64,000 nt of DNA from Azolla caroliniana (Eukaryota > Plantae > Polypodiophyta). Location of the stretch: contig JBHGNT010000011.1 of assembly GCA_043228905.1 (NCBI GenBank), positions 15,004,001 to 15,068,000 on the forward strand, written 5' to 3'. The notes beneath the pieces were generated by a model. The model saw only the letters and a list, made by a program, of their open reading frames with translations. It searched no databases and was not told where the DNA came from. Below, piece after piece: positions 11,793 to 24,619 of this stretch; the stretch's first letter is position 1, and every line of letters begins with the position of its first letter. A program made the translations under genes and the position numbers.

Positions 11793-14675
11793 CTAAATTG
11801 CATCAACAGGATTCGATGAACAAAGCTGTTCAAAGCAGTCTTTGCCGATATATGAATTCCCATGTGTTCTACAGTTAAGAAGCAAGGATGTCCATGCAAC
11901 ATTGGTCGGTAGAAGTGGCATGCTACAGAGAAGATCAGTGGCCTCTTTCAATTGACCAGAGCGACCAAAAAGGTCTACAATGCAACTATAATGCTCGGCA
12001 CTTTGCTTAATACCATAGTCTTTTGCCATTGATTTAAATAATTGAAGACCATCCTCCATGTGGGCAGTATGGCTGCAAGTGGCAAGAATGTTTAAGAAGA
12101 TGGTCTCATTTGGCAGTACACCATATTGCTCCATGTCTTGCAAACATTGCCTTACCAACATAAAATCACCATGCTGAGCAAATCCTCCAATCAATGCTCC
12201 CCATGCTACGACGTTGCTATTTGTTACCTTATTCATCACCACTTGATGTGCCTCATATAAGTTCCCACATTTGGCATACATGTCAACAATACTGCTTCCC
12301 ATAGCTACATCTTCCTCAATGTTGCCTTTTATGATTAGATCATGGACCAATCTACCCCCATCTACGGCTCCTGTACTACCACATGCTCTCAAAATGCATG
12401 AAAAAATTGCTTTGTTAGGAGCAAGATTATTCTCTAGCATATTTTTAAACAGTTCAAGAGCACTATCATTAAGCCCATGCTCAACATATCCAGCAATCAT
12501 AACATCCCACGATACTACATTCCGCTTCAGCCATTCATCAAATACTTTGCGCGCCTCTTTCAGATCTCCACACTTTACATACATGTCGAGTAAGGCATTT
12601 CCTAAAGCCTCATCCAATTCAATCCCACTTTGAAGAATCTTCTTATGTACAAGCCGTCCTTGTCCTATGGCTTGAATATCACCACAGGCAGTGAGAATAC
12701 TGACAAAGATGACCTTATCAGGCTTTATCTGAGAGTGGTGTATATTCTCAAACACTTCGAGAGCCAAAAAACCATAGCCATGCTGGACATATCCTCCAAT
12801 CATTGTACCCCAACTCACCGCATCTTTATTCAACATATTCGCAAACACTTCAGATGCCTCGTGCAAACTTCCACATTTAGAAAACATATCAATTAGGGCA
12901 TTTCCAATTACTACATCAATATCAAGGCCACTCCTTATTATCTCATCATGTATCCATCTCCCCTCTATAATGGATCCAATGCTGCCACATGCTTTTAAAG
13001 TGCAGGAAAGCACAAATTTATCTGCCTTTACATGTTTTCTTTGCATCTCACTAAACAACTCGAGGGCAAACGCACCTTCTTCATGCAATGCATAACCTGC
13101 AATGAGAGCCCCCCATGAAACAGCATCAGGATTCAATAGCCTTCTGAAAACACAATTTGATTCTTCTAAGCTCCCACATTTCCCATACATATCAATAAGG
13201 CTGCTAGCAACCATCATATCTGTACATGAATCACTTTTGATGATCTGATCATGTATTTCCTGACCCAATTCTATGGTTTCTAGGCTACCACATGCTTTAA
13301 GAGCGGATAAAAAGGTAGCTTTGTTTGGTTTGACATCATTCTCTTGCATTTTCTCGAAGAATTCAAGTGCAAGGACAGCCTCTCCATGTTGGGCATACCC
13401 TCCTATCAAGGCACCCCAGGATACAATATCTCGCGAAGGTAAGCAATCAAACATTTTCCTTGCTTCATGAAGCTTACCACATTTTGCATACATATCCAAA
13501 ACTGAGCTTCCAACTGGCATATCTATTTGTAGTCCACTTGTAATGATTTGATGATGCAAAAGCATGCCCCAGTCTAGAGCTTCCATGTTACCACATGCTT
13601 TTAAGACGAATAAGAATGTCACTTTACTTGCCACAATACCCTCTTGTTGCATTTGATCAAAGAGTTTAAGAGCCAAAGTATTATGACCATGTTGAACATG
13701 CCCTGCTATTAGGGCCCCCCATGAAACTACATTTCGCTCTTGTAGCCTCTGAAAAACACACAGTGCATCATCAAGACATCCATATTTTGCATACATATCT
13801 ATGAGGGAGCTTCCAATCAAGATATCAGACTCAAAATTACATCTTAAAATGTGATCGTGTATACTTCTCTCACAATGTATAATTGTACAATTAATATTAG
13901 TACTACTAATACCACTACAATTGCTACATGCTTTTATAACCACTATAAGAGTGATTTTAGTGGGTTTCAAGCCCTCTGAAATCATTCTGACGAAAAATTC
14001 TAGGGCAAGAAGGCATTGGCTTTGTCTCACACATCCTGCGATCATTGTACCCCAAGCAACAGCATCTCGATTTGACCACCCATCGAAAACACGCCTTGAA
14101 TCGTCGAAATTTCCGCATTTGGCATACATATCAATGAGACCATTACCCAATACATCGTCATTTTCAAGCTCTTTTCGAATTATTTGAATGTGAACGAGTC
14201 TCCCTTGTCTCTCTTCTTTCAAATTCCCACATGCTTTCAATAAACAAGATAATATGTAGTTGTCTGGATCAAAACCTTCTTCTCTCATTTTACAACCCAA
14301 TTGAAGGGCTCTCTCGGCCTCACCAGATTTCACATGCATTGAAATAATGGCATTCCATGTGAACAAAGAAGGTTTTGCGACCTCAGCAAACACATTATCA
14401 GCCTCTATTAAGCACCCACATGATCCGAACAGACGGATGAGATGGTCACCGAAACAGGAAACAGAGAGAAGGCCACTTTTACTGATTAGCAAATATAGTC
14501 TTCGAATTACTGAGATCTCAAGGTTCTGAGCCGATGCTCGAAGAAGGCTATATATGGTCTCTCTGTGAATTGATAATCCTTGCTTTTGTCTTAGCTCTAA
14601 GCTTAGAAGAGCATTGTTAAGCTCGTCACGTTTCCATGCTTTCTTCACATTCACATTGTGAAGAACCGAGGACAT
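11793..14675 (-). CDS. PLS-class pentatricopeptide repeat protein (probable organellar RNA-editing specificity factor) ending in E1, no DYW domain
   Basis: Intact intronless 960-aa ORF with ~8 P-L-S triplets (VSWGALI.G, TF..VLKACG, LIDMYAKCG). It ends in P2-L2-S2 (TCSHTAH.., HYSCIVDLFGRSG) and an E1 motif (VAWTSLLLNCRTHGN). Confidence 0.95.
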   Translation of the reverse strand: MSSVLHNVNVKKAWKRDELNNALLSLELRQKQGLSIHRETIYSLLRASAQNLEISVIRRLYLLISKSGLLSVSCFGDHLIRLFGSCGCLIEADNVFAEVAKPSLFTWNAIISMHVKSGEAERALQLGCKMREEGFDPDNYILSCLLKACGNLKEERQGRLVHIQIIRKELENDDVLGNGLIDMYAKCGNFDDSRRVFDGWSNRDAVAWGTMIAGCVRQSQCLLALEFFVRMISEGLKPTKITLIVVIKACSNCSGISSTNINCTIIHCERSIHDHILRCNFESDILIGSSLIDMYAKYGCLDDALCVFQRLQERNVVSWGALIAGHVQHGHNTLALKLFDQMQQEGIVASKVTFLFVLKACGNMEALDWGMLLHHQIITSGLQIDMPVGSSVLDMYAKCGKLHEARKMFDCLPSRDIVSWGALIGGYAQHGEAVLALEFFEKMQENDVKPNKATFLSALKACGSLETIELGQEIHDQIIKSDSCTDMMVASSLIDMYGKCGSLEESNCVFRRLLNPDAVSWGALIAGYALHEEGAFALELFSEMQRKHVKADKFVLSCTLKACGSIGSIIEGRWIHDEIIRSGLDIDVVIGNALIDMFSKCGSLHEASEVFANMLNKDAVSWGTMIGGYVQHGYGFLALEVFENIHHSQIKPDKVIFVSILTACGDIQAIGQGRLVHKKILQSGIELDEALGNALLDMYVKCGDLKEARKVFDEWLKRNVVSWDVMIAGYVEHGLNDSALELFKNMLENNLAPNKAIFSCILRACGSTGAVDGGRLVHDLIIKGNIEEDVAMGSSIVDMYAKCGNLYEAHQVVMNKVTNSNVVAWGALIGGFAQHGDFMLVRQCLQDMEQYGVLPNETIFLNILATCSHTAHMEDGLQLFKSMAKDYGIKQSAEHYSCIVDLFGRSGQLKEATDLLCSMPLLPTNVAWTSLLLNCRTHGNSYIGKDCFEQLCSSNPVDAI

Positions 14676-17299
14676 CCTTAGGATACCATGTCAAAGCAGT
14701 TGAATGTAGATAGGACCCTTTTCCAATCATCCATTTGTTGACTGATTTTATCATAAATTTAAGCTTATAAAAGCAGTTTTTTTTTCTACTGAGCAAGCTC
14801 AGTATAGAAATCAAGGTTTAAATCAAGCAACAGGTAGATTAAAATGGAATGTAAAAACGAACCCATTCCGCATAATATCAATCAATACGACAGCGACTAA
14901 AAAATGGAATTCTTTTTAACAAGAATCCATTCTCTGACTGAGATATTTGGTACCGATCTGGTTATATATATAAAATATAAAGAAATTAAGGCTGTAAATC
15001 AAGAAAGAGAGTGTGATTTAAGTTAAGTTTATGGGGATTGAATGAATGGAAACAAAGTATGGAAAGGAATTTGGTAACCCATTTGGTGTTTCCATTTGCA
15101 ATCAGTCATCTAATTGGAGAGTTCTGTCTGGTTTTGCTCAATGATTTGGGATGTAAAAGAAAAAAAAGAAAAAAAAGACCTGCCCCTAACCTAATTGCCA
15201 AGCAGCAGCAATAAAATAAATAAATACCTTTTCACTAAAGAGTAGGTATGTATGTGTGTATGTGTGTATGGATGGATCTTAGAATGAGAAACTTCATGGT
15301 TTCTTAAGGAATGAATACATGGATGGCCTTGTGTCGAGAAGAGATTTTCGGCGTTTCTTTTACTCTTCGGTTTCTTCGGTTTCTTCACTCCTCGGACTTC
15401 TTTGGGCGAAATATGTACAATCCATCCATCACTCTTCCACTGTTTGACCCGCCTTTTTATTCTGTAAGGCGAGATTGCGGTTGCGGGTACACTTTCCATG
15501 GTCCCCCTTTTGTCCGGAACTACCCCAAGGAAAAGAAAACCGAGACGTATTGAAACCTTGCCCATAACCATGCACGGCATCTATATCTTCTCGGTCCCTC
15601 TCTCCCTTCGACTCTGTCCATCACGATTTTCGCTCCTTCGATGCGTTCGTCTTCGAATGTTTCTCCATCAGCCCCATCGTATGTTATGGACCAGCTTAAA
15701 GCCCGGTGGATAATATACTCTTTGATGCATGACATTGCTTATGTTTTCAAAAACACAAAAGGGCTACACTTGACATCTCTTGGAGGGGTATTTTTCTTAC
15801 TTGATGGTCAAACAAAGCGTGTCTAAATAATTTTCCCCTTCATGTATTGAATTTTGTGACTTTGGAACAATTCTTAGACACTATGCTTTACTTTGTAAGG
15901 TTACGTCGCCATGCCTAAGTGACTCGAGAGTCGAGACCATAATCTTGTGCCATGCATTCCCTCGCATCCATGTTTTGATCGAAGTTCATGTAGATGATGG
16001 AGATATTCTTGGAGATAAGTGAAGATGAAGAAGAAGGTCTCGAAGCACTTGATCAAGAACCATGGCAAGCTTATGCAATATTCAAGACAAATTTTGAAGC
16101 TCGCATAACCGTTGTGTAAGTTAGTATTGTTATTGAGGTTTATGCATCAATTGCTTTCATTCGAAAATTTTAATTCATTGTTCTTGCTCGCAAGATCAAA
16201 AATCTTATCGAGCTTGTTTGTATTTAAGCTATACCTAACCTTATATTTATCATATGCAAACATACATACATACTTATAACGAATGTGTGTGTATGGGCTA
16301 GAGACATATATATTGGAATAGGTATATGGAATAGCTTCAACATGTTTGAGCAATGGTGTGCAATGTGCATATACATGGGCGTTACATATGGATGTTTTCT
16401 ATGTTTCTAAGCATTGGGTGTGACACATATGCATGAACTTGGCTCCACATGTTTGTGTTATGAAGATTGGTCGCATTATATATAATATATATGGGAACTT
16501 TACATACATATATGGGCATTGGGCAAGGCAAACATGTATGTACAAAATACGAGTCACATTATATTTGGGTTAGGCATTACATATATTGGCATTGGGCACA
16601 TACATATGATATCCACACCAAGTCAACTATGTGCAAACTTTCAATTAAAAATACTCAAAGAATGATCAAAGAACAAGAAAGATGCTTGATATTCCCTATA
16701 TGTAAATACTCATATGTGTTTCCTCTCTAAGAAAAATGCCCAGGATATTTTCCACAGTGTCAGGCTCGTAGAGTCACGTTAGGATCCTCTACTAAATCGG
16801 AATATGTAATACCTGTCCTCGCTACTAAAGAAGAATTCAACTTCTTCAAGCTTTCAAAGAGGAGGGTTATCCAGCTTAATTGTCATGGTGATGGAAAATC
16901 AATCAAAGTTTATTGGGATCTCTAGTTCTACTCTATAGATTCGGATATATAGTAATGCATCACCATCTATGCAACTATAGACGGAACGTAATATATTCAC
17001 ACTTAGGCAAAACTACTCTCAATTTGTTCATTGAGCACTCCATTATATAACCATTTTGCTTATTTACATATGCGTAGTATCAATGGTTACATCTCTTCAA
17101 TGAAAATATTCCTAGTAAAATGAATAATTGATTTTACATATCTTCATGGTAATAGACTAAGAAATCAAATTATAATACAAGCAATATCATATAACACGTT
17201 CTTTTGATCGTTTTTTTGATTGATCAAAAAATATCCATGGTGTCTTCCAGAATTAACAATTTCTTAAATTGTTCCAATTCATGACCATTTTCATACATT

Positions 17300-17990
17300 G
17301 ATATGTAAAGTATAGTTTTGGGGAGCAAGTCAACCTCAATTGAATATGAGAACTAGACTCTTCCCAACCAAGATTGTATTAAATTCTTCAAAGTAGCAAT
17401 AATATTTATACATCAAAATGCAAAAATAGAGTTTTGGGGAGAAAGTTAACCTCGATGGAACATGAGAATTGAAAACGACATAGCTAGAGATGAGGAGGAG
17501 CTTCAGTAACGCATAAGGAGGATCAATCACATTTAGTTTTCATACAAGAAAAGTGTCACGATACATTTGTAGAATACAAAAAGAAACTATGATATGGTGT
17601 AAATCCATGTATGTGAAAAATGAACTAGTGTTTGCATGAAAGATAGCCTAAGTCCATTATGAACTAACCTTTTCCCGTACAAGCAAGTGAAACATAATCT
17701 TCGAGCATCAAGTGATTATGTTGCTTAATGATTATAATCTTCAAAATGAAAAATTCATGAATTTGATCCTTTTGTGAATTTGGTGCTTCGTGAATCTAAT
17801 CAAGAATGTTTGTGATCCATGTAGAGGACGCCAAATTTATAAAAGTGGAAGCAAGTGTATAACATTATAGCCTATAGGTATGCAATTCTTATACTAGATA
17901 GTAGATACATACACAGTGTGTAGAGTAGATAGAAAAATATCTTTTTAATGTTAAGGGGAGATTGTTACGATCTACGAGATTAGGTCTAGC
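17300..17990 (+). mobile_element. Highly degenerate Copia-like remnant with polypurine tract
   Basis: TTAAGGGGAGAT-TGTT (PPT followed by an LTR-like start) near 17951. Weak KSMY..ELV RT-like fragment near 17600. Confidence 0.3.
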
Positions 17991-19037
17991 CCATGGTGAT
18001 GATCATACTTGGGTTCTCTCTAGTTTATGACTTTCAAGTGACAATGAGATGTTTTATTATCCTATTTGGAGGCGAGATGTAACCTATGCAACCAAAGTAA
18101 ATATTTGTATGTGATGTGCGAAGTTGATCAAGTGGCTTGTGATGTTCAAGGAATTCATATATGAATGTTTTAATGGAGAGTGCACATAGTGGTTGAGAGG
18201 AATGTATCTAGAGACATGTAAATGTTGAAAATGTGAGGGGAGGAAAGCCCGAGAGTTACAGAAGTTGGAATGTGGCATGTTGCAATTTGCAATGTAGAGC
18301 AAACTTGTTTGGTACAAAATATGTATAGGTGATGATATCATTGATGGTGCCATGTCTCCCTATCTCATATAGAAGAGAAGGGAATGGGTGGTTTATACAT
18401 CCAAAGGCAAAGATCATGTTGTAGTTTAGTGCAACATATGCAATATAATCTATGAAGGATGAGCATCCACATATATCCCCAAGATGTGATACAACGACAT
18501 TGGAAAAAAAACTTTCTTTGTAATTAGACTTGAGGCATCCTCTAACCTTAGCAAACACATTGTTGTGAGTGCATGTTAGGTATCCAAGCATACCAATTAT
18601 TCAATTGATGTTTTTGAACATCATCCAATCGATTGGCCAAAGCTTGTTTTTTATTTTTCAAAACAAATTATCCTTCCATTAGTTATAAAGAAAGGTCATA
18701 ACGGTTACATCATACAAAGTATTTTTTCCCAAGCCCGTTTTGTGTAGACAACAGTTGAGGAAACAAATCTATGTACTCCAACATAGAGAGAACAATTCAT
18801 CAATTACAATCTATTCCCTAGACACATTGCAAGGTATCCATATCCATAAGCAACAACGAAAGTAGCTCTATTCGGAAACAAACCCTTTCAGGTCATAGTT
18901 ATGAGCCATTCAATACTTCTTCAACCTATACATCTCAGCTTTGAAGGCGATCAACTACGTTCTTTGGTTTTTCAAGAGAACCACTTTCCACATTTGTGGA
19001 TGTAAAGTCAACAACTATCTTCCTCTTTCCCCATCGA

Positions 19038-19414
19038 CCATCTTGCCGGATTACCACCAAAATCCTGTACATACAACAACAAATTAAGTCAAGTTTCCTC
19101 CTCTCCTCATGAGCTTATTCTTCGCCCCCCACACCATCATCACTCGTCCTTATCAAAAAACATAAAAACTGCTCCGTTAAGTCCTCATCAACCATCTCGC
19201 CGAATACACCAAATTCATGTACATAAACAATAAAATGTGTCTAAATTCCTCATCTCCTCATGAGAATGTGCTTCGACCTCCACACCATCATCACTCATCC
19301 TTATCCAAAACATAAATTCTACTTCATTAAGTTCACATAATCCATCTCGCCAAATACCACCAAAATCCTGCACATACAACAATACATGAGTCTTTTTTCC
19401 TCATCCCCTCATGA
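19038..19414. repeat. Tandem repeat, ~152-bp unit, ~2.5 copies
   Basis: CCATCT(T/C)GCC..ACCAAA..CCTCATGAG units start at 19038, 19192 and 19342. Confidence 0.85.
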
Positions 19415-19696
19415 GGACCAAAGCTTGTTTTTTCAATTGAATATATTTAGTTGAAACAAGTGGTTTGGCAAAATTGTAGGGTAAGATATCAAACAAATAA
19501 CCTTATGTTTAGCAAATATCACTTATATTTGCTTGTATTATTGTAACACTAGACAGATGTTTGAAAACCTTCAATATAAATAATCGCGAAGAGTTTCTAA
19601 GATATTTAAAAATCAGTAATTTGTGGGTATATAGCCCTTATTTTCCCCTTTTTGCATCTATCCTTTTTAAGACTATTTGATTACTTTGTGGTATCA

Positions 19697-19959
19697 TGTG
19701 AATCACATGTTTACATACAATATCACACACGCTCTTCTTCTTACTTATACAACAAGGGATGCACGCAAGATTGTGGATAAGAATATAGTCATGGAGACAT
19801 CAGATTTATACATACATATCTAAATAGACACAAGTACAAGCATTGTGAGTCACTTGTTTACATACAATATCACATGCACTCTTCTTCTTACCTATACAAT
19901 AAAGGATGCACCCAAGATTATGGATAAGAATATCGTCATAGAGACATTAGATTTATATA
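19697..19959. repeat. Direct duplication, 147-bp period
   Basis: TGTGA(A/G)TCAC..TTTACATACAATATCAC..GGATAAGAATAT..GAGACAT at 19697 and 19844. Confidence 0.85.
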
Positions 19960-20908
19960 TCATGATAATAATAATCTCAAAACCATGTCAAATCCTCAAT
20001 TTCTTTACATCCTCTTTTGACATGGGGGATACATCATTCCGTAGGTATGTGCATCGATGCATAAAATCTAATAGTATAGTGCAAATATCCTCATGCATAT
20101 AGGTAATCTTACAACAAAGAAGCCAATTATAATTCATTAACAGTTGCACCTCAACACATCTTGGAGAGAACCAACTAGCTGTAGATTTGAGTGGTGATGT
20201 ATGAGTAGGAGGCCTTCTCGTTGTGCAAAATTGATGGGAAGTTCTAGATAAGAATTCATGGGGTTAAGTGTTACATGTAAATGTGGATTAATTGGTCATA
20301 TATTGAGGTAATTTTTGTGGTGTTAAACATTTAGGCTTAATTAAAAGAACCCTATTAATGTATGATTGTTCAAATGTCCATACTACAATGTTCTTTACAA
20401 TAAGTGAAGTATATGTGCTAATTACTTGGATTAAAGCAAACATTATTTATTGATTTGGCGGCATAGTTTTGCTAGCTCTAAAACTTTCTTGAATCATATG
20501 ACCGATCAAGTTACCGAAGTTTGCTTCAATGTTTATAAACACTTCATTGATAAGGTTTGACCATATTCTTAACATGGATGCCGACTCTTCTAAGTTAATA
20601 GGCATATTGCATAGTAAAACACATATACAAATATATGCTTCGATTTTGTTAAGAAATACATAGACATTTCGTTCGTAGAGTTTGGTAATGTTGTTTACAT
20701 GAATATTGGCTCTTCTATGTTAATAGGCACATTACATTCTGACACACGAATAAATACGAGCATACACAGATATACACATAGAGAACACTTGTAACTGGTT
20801 CAATAATGCTTGTTTTCGGTATATGATAAGAGATTCAAGAACCTAAGTTAAAGTTTATCATATCAACGCAATCATATCCACATCCAAATATAAAGAAAAA
20901 AACCATAC

Positions 20909-21215
20909 AATACCCAATTATGTAAAGTTACATAGGTTTTAGTTTTTGGAAGCACAGTAGCTAATTTGAACATGGACAACAAACTAATCACATTGGTTAC
21001 CGGAATAATCATCATGACAATGTAGGCATGTCTTAAATAGAGAGAATAATAGATCAACATTCTCTACAAAAATACCGATTATGTAAACTTACATAAGTTT
21101 TAGTTTTTGGAAGCACAATAACTAATTTGAACATGGACAACAAACTAATCACATTGGTTACCAGGATAATCATCATGACAATGTAGGCATGACTTAAAAT
21201 ATATCAACATTCTCT
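20909..21215. repeat. Direct duplication, ~162-bp period
   Basis: AATACC..TTTTAGTTTTTGGAAGCAC..GGACAACAAACTAATCACATTGGTTACC at 20909 and 21071. Confidence 0.9.
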
Positions 21216-21749
21216 TTTCCCCATGTGCAATGTCGTCCACCTCACTCCAATCTTTATGGTTCCTTTAAATCAACAGTATATCTCGATGTTTGAAGTAAAA
21301 AACACATGCCACTTTCCCCATTTATAGAATGTCTTGTTACATTCATGTATCCTACTAGATTAAAAACATATTGTTGTTTGTGACATAATGATTAACAATA
21401 ACATATTTTGTTCTTGCATTTGGTGTTTATAAAGTACATTTTGGAACTTCAAAAGTTCAAGATGACCATCATGCAAATTCATGAATCATCAAATAGCAAG
21501 GGCTATTGTGAATGCAACTTGTGCCTAAGCATGTGCTTCTACTTGATAACATGTCCTTGCATGTAATTGAGTACTACCATGCAAGCTACAAGACATTGAT
21601 ATTACTTTAAATATAACTTTTCGTATTGTTTGTTATTGCGACCAAGTTTTTTGTAGAATGTTGGTCGGAGGTCCTTTCTCTTCATATGTACGTATCTTTT
21701 AGTTGTTTTTTGAGCAGGCCACATAGGTGCAAGCATATGATAGAGTGAA

Positions 21750-23368
21750 TCATGTTTAGAAGCTTCTAAGGCAATAAACACCTTTTGTCACCTAATTATA
21801 TATTTACCGATTCCTTAGAAATTCTCCCAAAATTGTCACATTTCTTCATGTGTGTATGCTTGTAGAGCTTTAAAGATCTTCAATTTAGAAAGACACGTGT
21901 TTGTGAGCTACTCGCGTCCTTATTGAAATTTCCGTAGAGGCCATGAACTCTCTTGTTATGTGAATTAACTATATCTACATGCCAATTTGCAACCCCTTAC
22001 AAGTAGTTATGTGCTCTTGGGGGGTAGAAAATGTCCCAACGTTCCTTTTGATTAGCATAATGTTTCCATGTCAAGAAAGCATGCCTAATGGCTACATGTG
22101 GTTGGGGCACACTTTGCATCTTGTTATATACTCAAAGGATCAAAGAGCCCACAAAAGAGATGTTTTTGGTGCCAAGTGCTTGCAAATACAACCATAGGGA
22201 GATAATTATAATGGGGTGTAGTGATTTGATGTTCAAGAATTTTACTAATATAAAAGTGCGCATGATGATTGTGAGAGGAATGTGTGTGGCGAGTGGACCA
22301 TATTGACAATGTGTGGAAAGAAAACTCAAATGGGAAGTGAACGTTAAGCATCTACTCCATAACCCTTTCCATACCCAGTAAATGTGAAGTAATCCAGTCT
22401 AAAGAACTAGGAGTTGTATAATAATTTGTGGCTCGAGTTGAATAAACTTCTTAAGGAAGAAATTTTGGACATTTTCAAATTCTTTCCAAGGATACTTAAG
22501 GATGCTACCAACTCATACTTTTACCCCATCCAAAAGCATCAATGTTACCAATATGTCAAGGAGGTATTTGAGAACCTTACATTTCATTGGTCCACCATTC
22601 CATATGTTCTCCAATGTGTAGTAATCTCATGTTCCTACTTCTAATAAGTGGGTAGCACATTCATTTCATTTATGATTCAATAGAACCTCAAGTCCAAAAT
22701 ATTTGAAGCTTTTCTACATATTTTTAAGTGACTCATTGTTATACATAATGCATATTTTTTCCTTACTTTGAGTCTTTGCAAATGTAACATTTGTTTTCGA
22801 GCTATTAACACTTTGTTTCCAATCCCTACTAAAATTTTCAAAGACATCCATAATCTTTTAGGCATCTTCTAAAGTATTTTGAAAAGCATCACATCATCTA
22901 TATGTAACAAAAGCACAATGATCACATCCCTAATGATATCTTCTTCCATGCTTTCTTGCTTTGCAAACTCGTTGACCATTTGTTCTAATTCATCAATGCA
23001 TAAACCAAAGAGAAGCAATGAAGGTGTCTATCCTTGTTAAATAACAATGGTGCTAGTGAAAGAATTTGATATTCCATTTCCTATACGTACATGGTATATC
23101 ATCTTCCCATAGATACATGAAATTTCATGAATATATTAACTTTCCTCCAAAGATGTTAACATACCAAAAGCTTTCTAGAAGTCTATGAAACAACAAGACA
23201 ATATGTTAACTTTCAAAAGGCTTTCGTACATTAGCACTCAAAGAGAGATAATGTGATTAATGTTGTTATGGTGTTTTCAAATACCAACTTGTTTGTAACT
23301 CCTCTTACCATTTGTATCTTCTCATGCACATAACTTTGCTTCCACTCTCCGCTATACATCAAAATTGT
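21750..23368 (-). mobile_element. LINE reverse-transcriptase pseudogene
   Basis: Minus-strand readings CCFIDF*KAF and KQG*TPSLLLFGLCIDELEQMV..LLLHIDDVMLF correspond to RT motifs DFxKAFD, QGxPLSPxLF and YADD. Many stops. Confidence 0.8.
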
Positions 23369-24220
23369 TGTTAAGATATCAAGCTCAATTGTCCAACATG
23401 TGTGATGTCACACGTAATGGATGCATATAAATGCTTCACCTGTCAAACTTGTGCGTGAACACATGTTAGAGACATGTTCTAATGTAAGCATGAAAGTTAA
23501 GAAACATATAAGAAAATAAATAGACTAAGAGAGAAAGAAGGATGGTTATCCACACAAAAACCCGTGAGTGAAGGGTTCAAGATGAAACTGAGCCTTGAAC
23601 GACGTCCCATACCACCACTATGGGCTTCGAGTTGTACCTACACGTTCACCATAATATCACAATCTAGACATTGTAGAATAAGCGAGAGCCCAATATACAT
23701 AATCAAATAATGCCCCTAATGAGGATAGGTAGGTCTCATATTTTTAGTCAGACACAAACCCAAGGTCCCTAGACAAGTTCGCACTTGGTCCTTAAGGGTT
23801 GTCTCAATCCCTAGGATTAACTTCTTTACATTCTCAGGTAACTCTTACTTCTTATACCTCACGTGTAGAAAACTACAATACAAACTACCGTGGGATAAGT
23901 GATGGTTATGCCCATAGCATCAAACTAGTAGGTGCACAAGGGCATTGAAATCCTCTCACATACTCTCTTATTAGTCGTTTATCACAATGTTGTAACTAAT
24001 AGTATGGCGTGACTACATAGCTTGTGTGTGGAGGAGCTCCACCACATTTTGGGTGTTGGAAATATCAAAATAAGTCAACAAGAATAGAAGGAAAATTGTC
24101 ATTAGGAAGATGAACCAAGAAATGGGTAGCTCTATCCCTAATGAGAAGTTTGACCATGACAACTTCATATCACAACAATGACACTGAGAACACAATCATA
24201 GATACCTAGACGTCCTTTGT
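23369..24220 (+). mobile_element. Degenerate Copia LTR plus gag start, same family as the copies at 43583 and 49661
   Basis: Starts TGTTAAGATATCAAGCTCAA (compare TATTGAGAATCAAGCTCAA at 43583). MGSSIPNEKFD at 24122 matches gag MGSSLPTEKLD at 44190. Confidence 0.5.
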
Positions 24221-24316
24221 ATACACTCAATATGGCAATTGTTGCCATGAAAGAGGAAGAAGATCAAAAGGCATGATATATGGTGGCAACAAACAATCAG
24301 CTACGACATTAAAGCA

Positions 24317-24318
<2 letters not shown>

Positions 24319-24374
<56 letters not shown>
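24319..24374. repeat. (AG)n microsatellite
   Basis: Directly visible. Confidence 0.95.
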
Positions 24375-24377
<3 letters not shown>

Positions 24378-24619
24378 TTTGAAAGGAAGTGATTTTCAAT
24401 GGCAAATTTGTCAAAACAAACCAAAATGTCGATATGAGCCCAACAATATGAATGTTGATTGTCGTAAAAAGAAAACGCGTGCCATTAACAACTAGCAAAG
24501 CAATAATTATGTTCCCAATTGTGATCACAATGACTACAAACACATGTCAAATTATTAAGCCCAATGCGTAATCCTCATTAGTAAAGAATGCGCCCATGTG
24601 TGAAGGGCAATGATAATAC

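Noticed and set aside
12271-14529. Several plus-strand ORFs antisense to the PPR gene
   Set aside because: They are shadow ORFs of the PPR coding strand with no independent motifs.
15191-15826. Cluster of short ORFs upstream of the PPR gene
   Set aside because: No recognisable domain. More likely the promoter or 5' UTR of the PPR gene.
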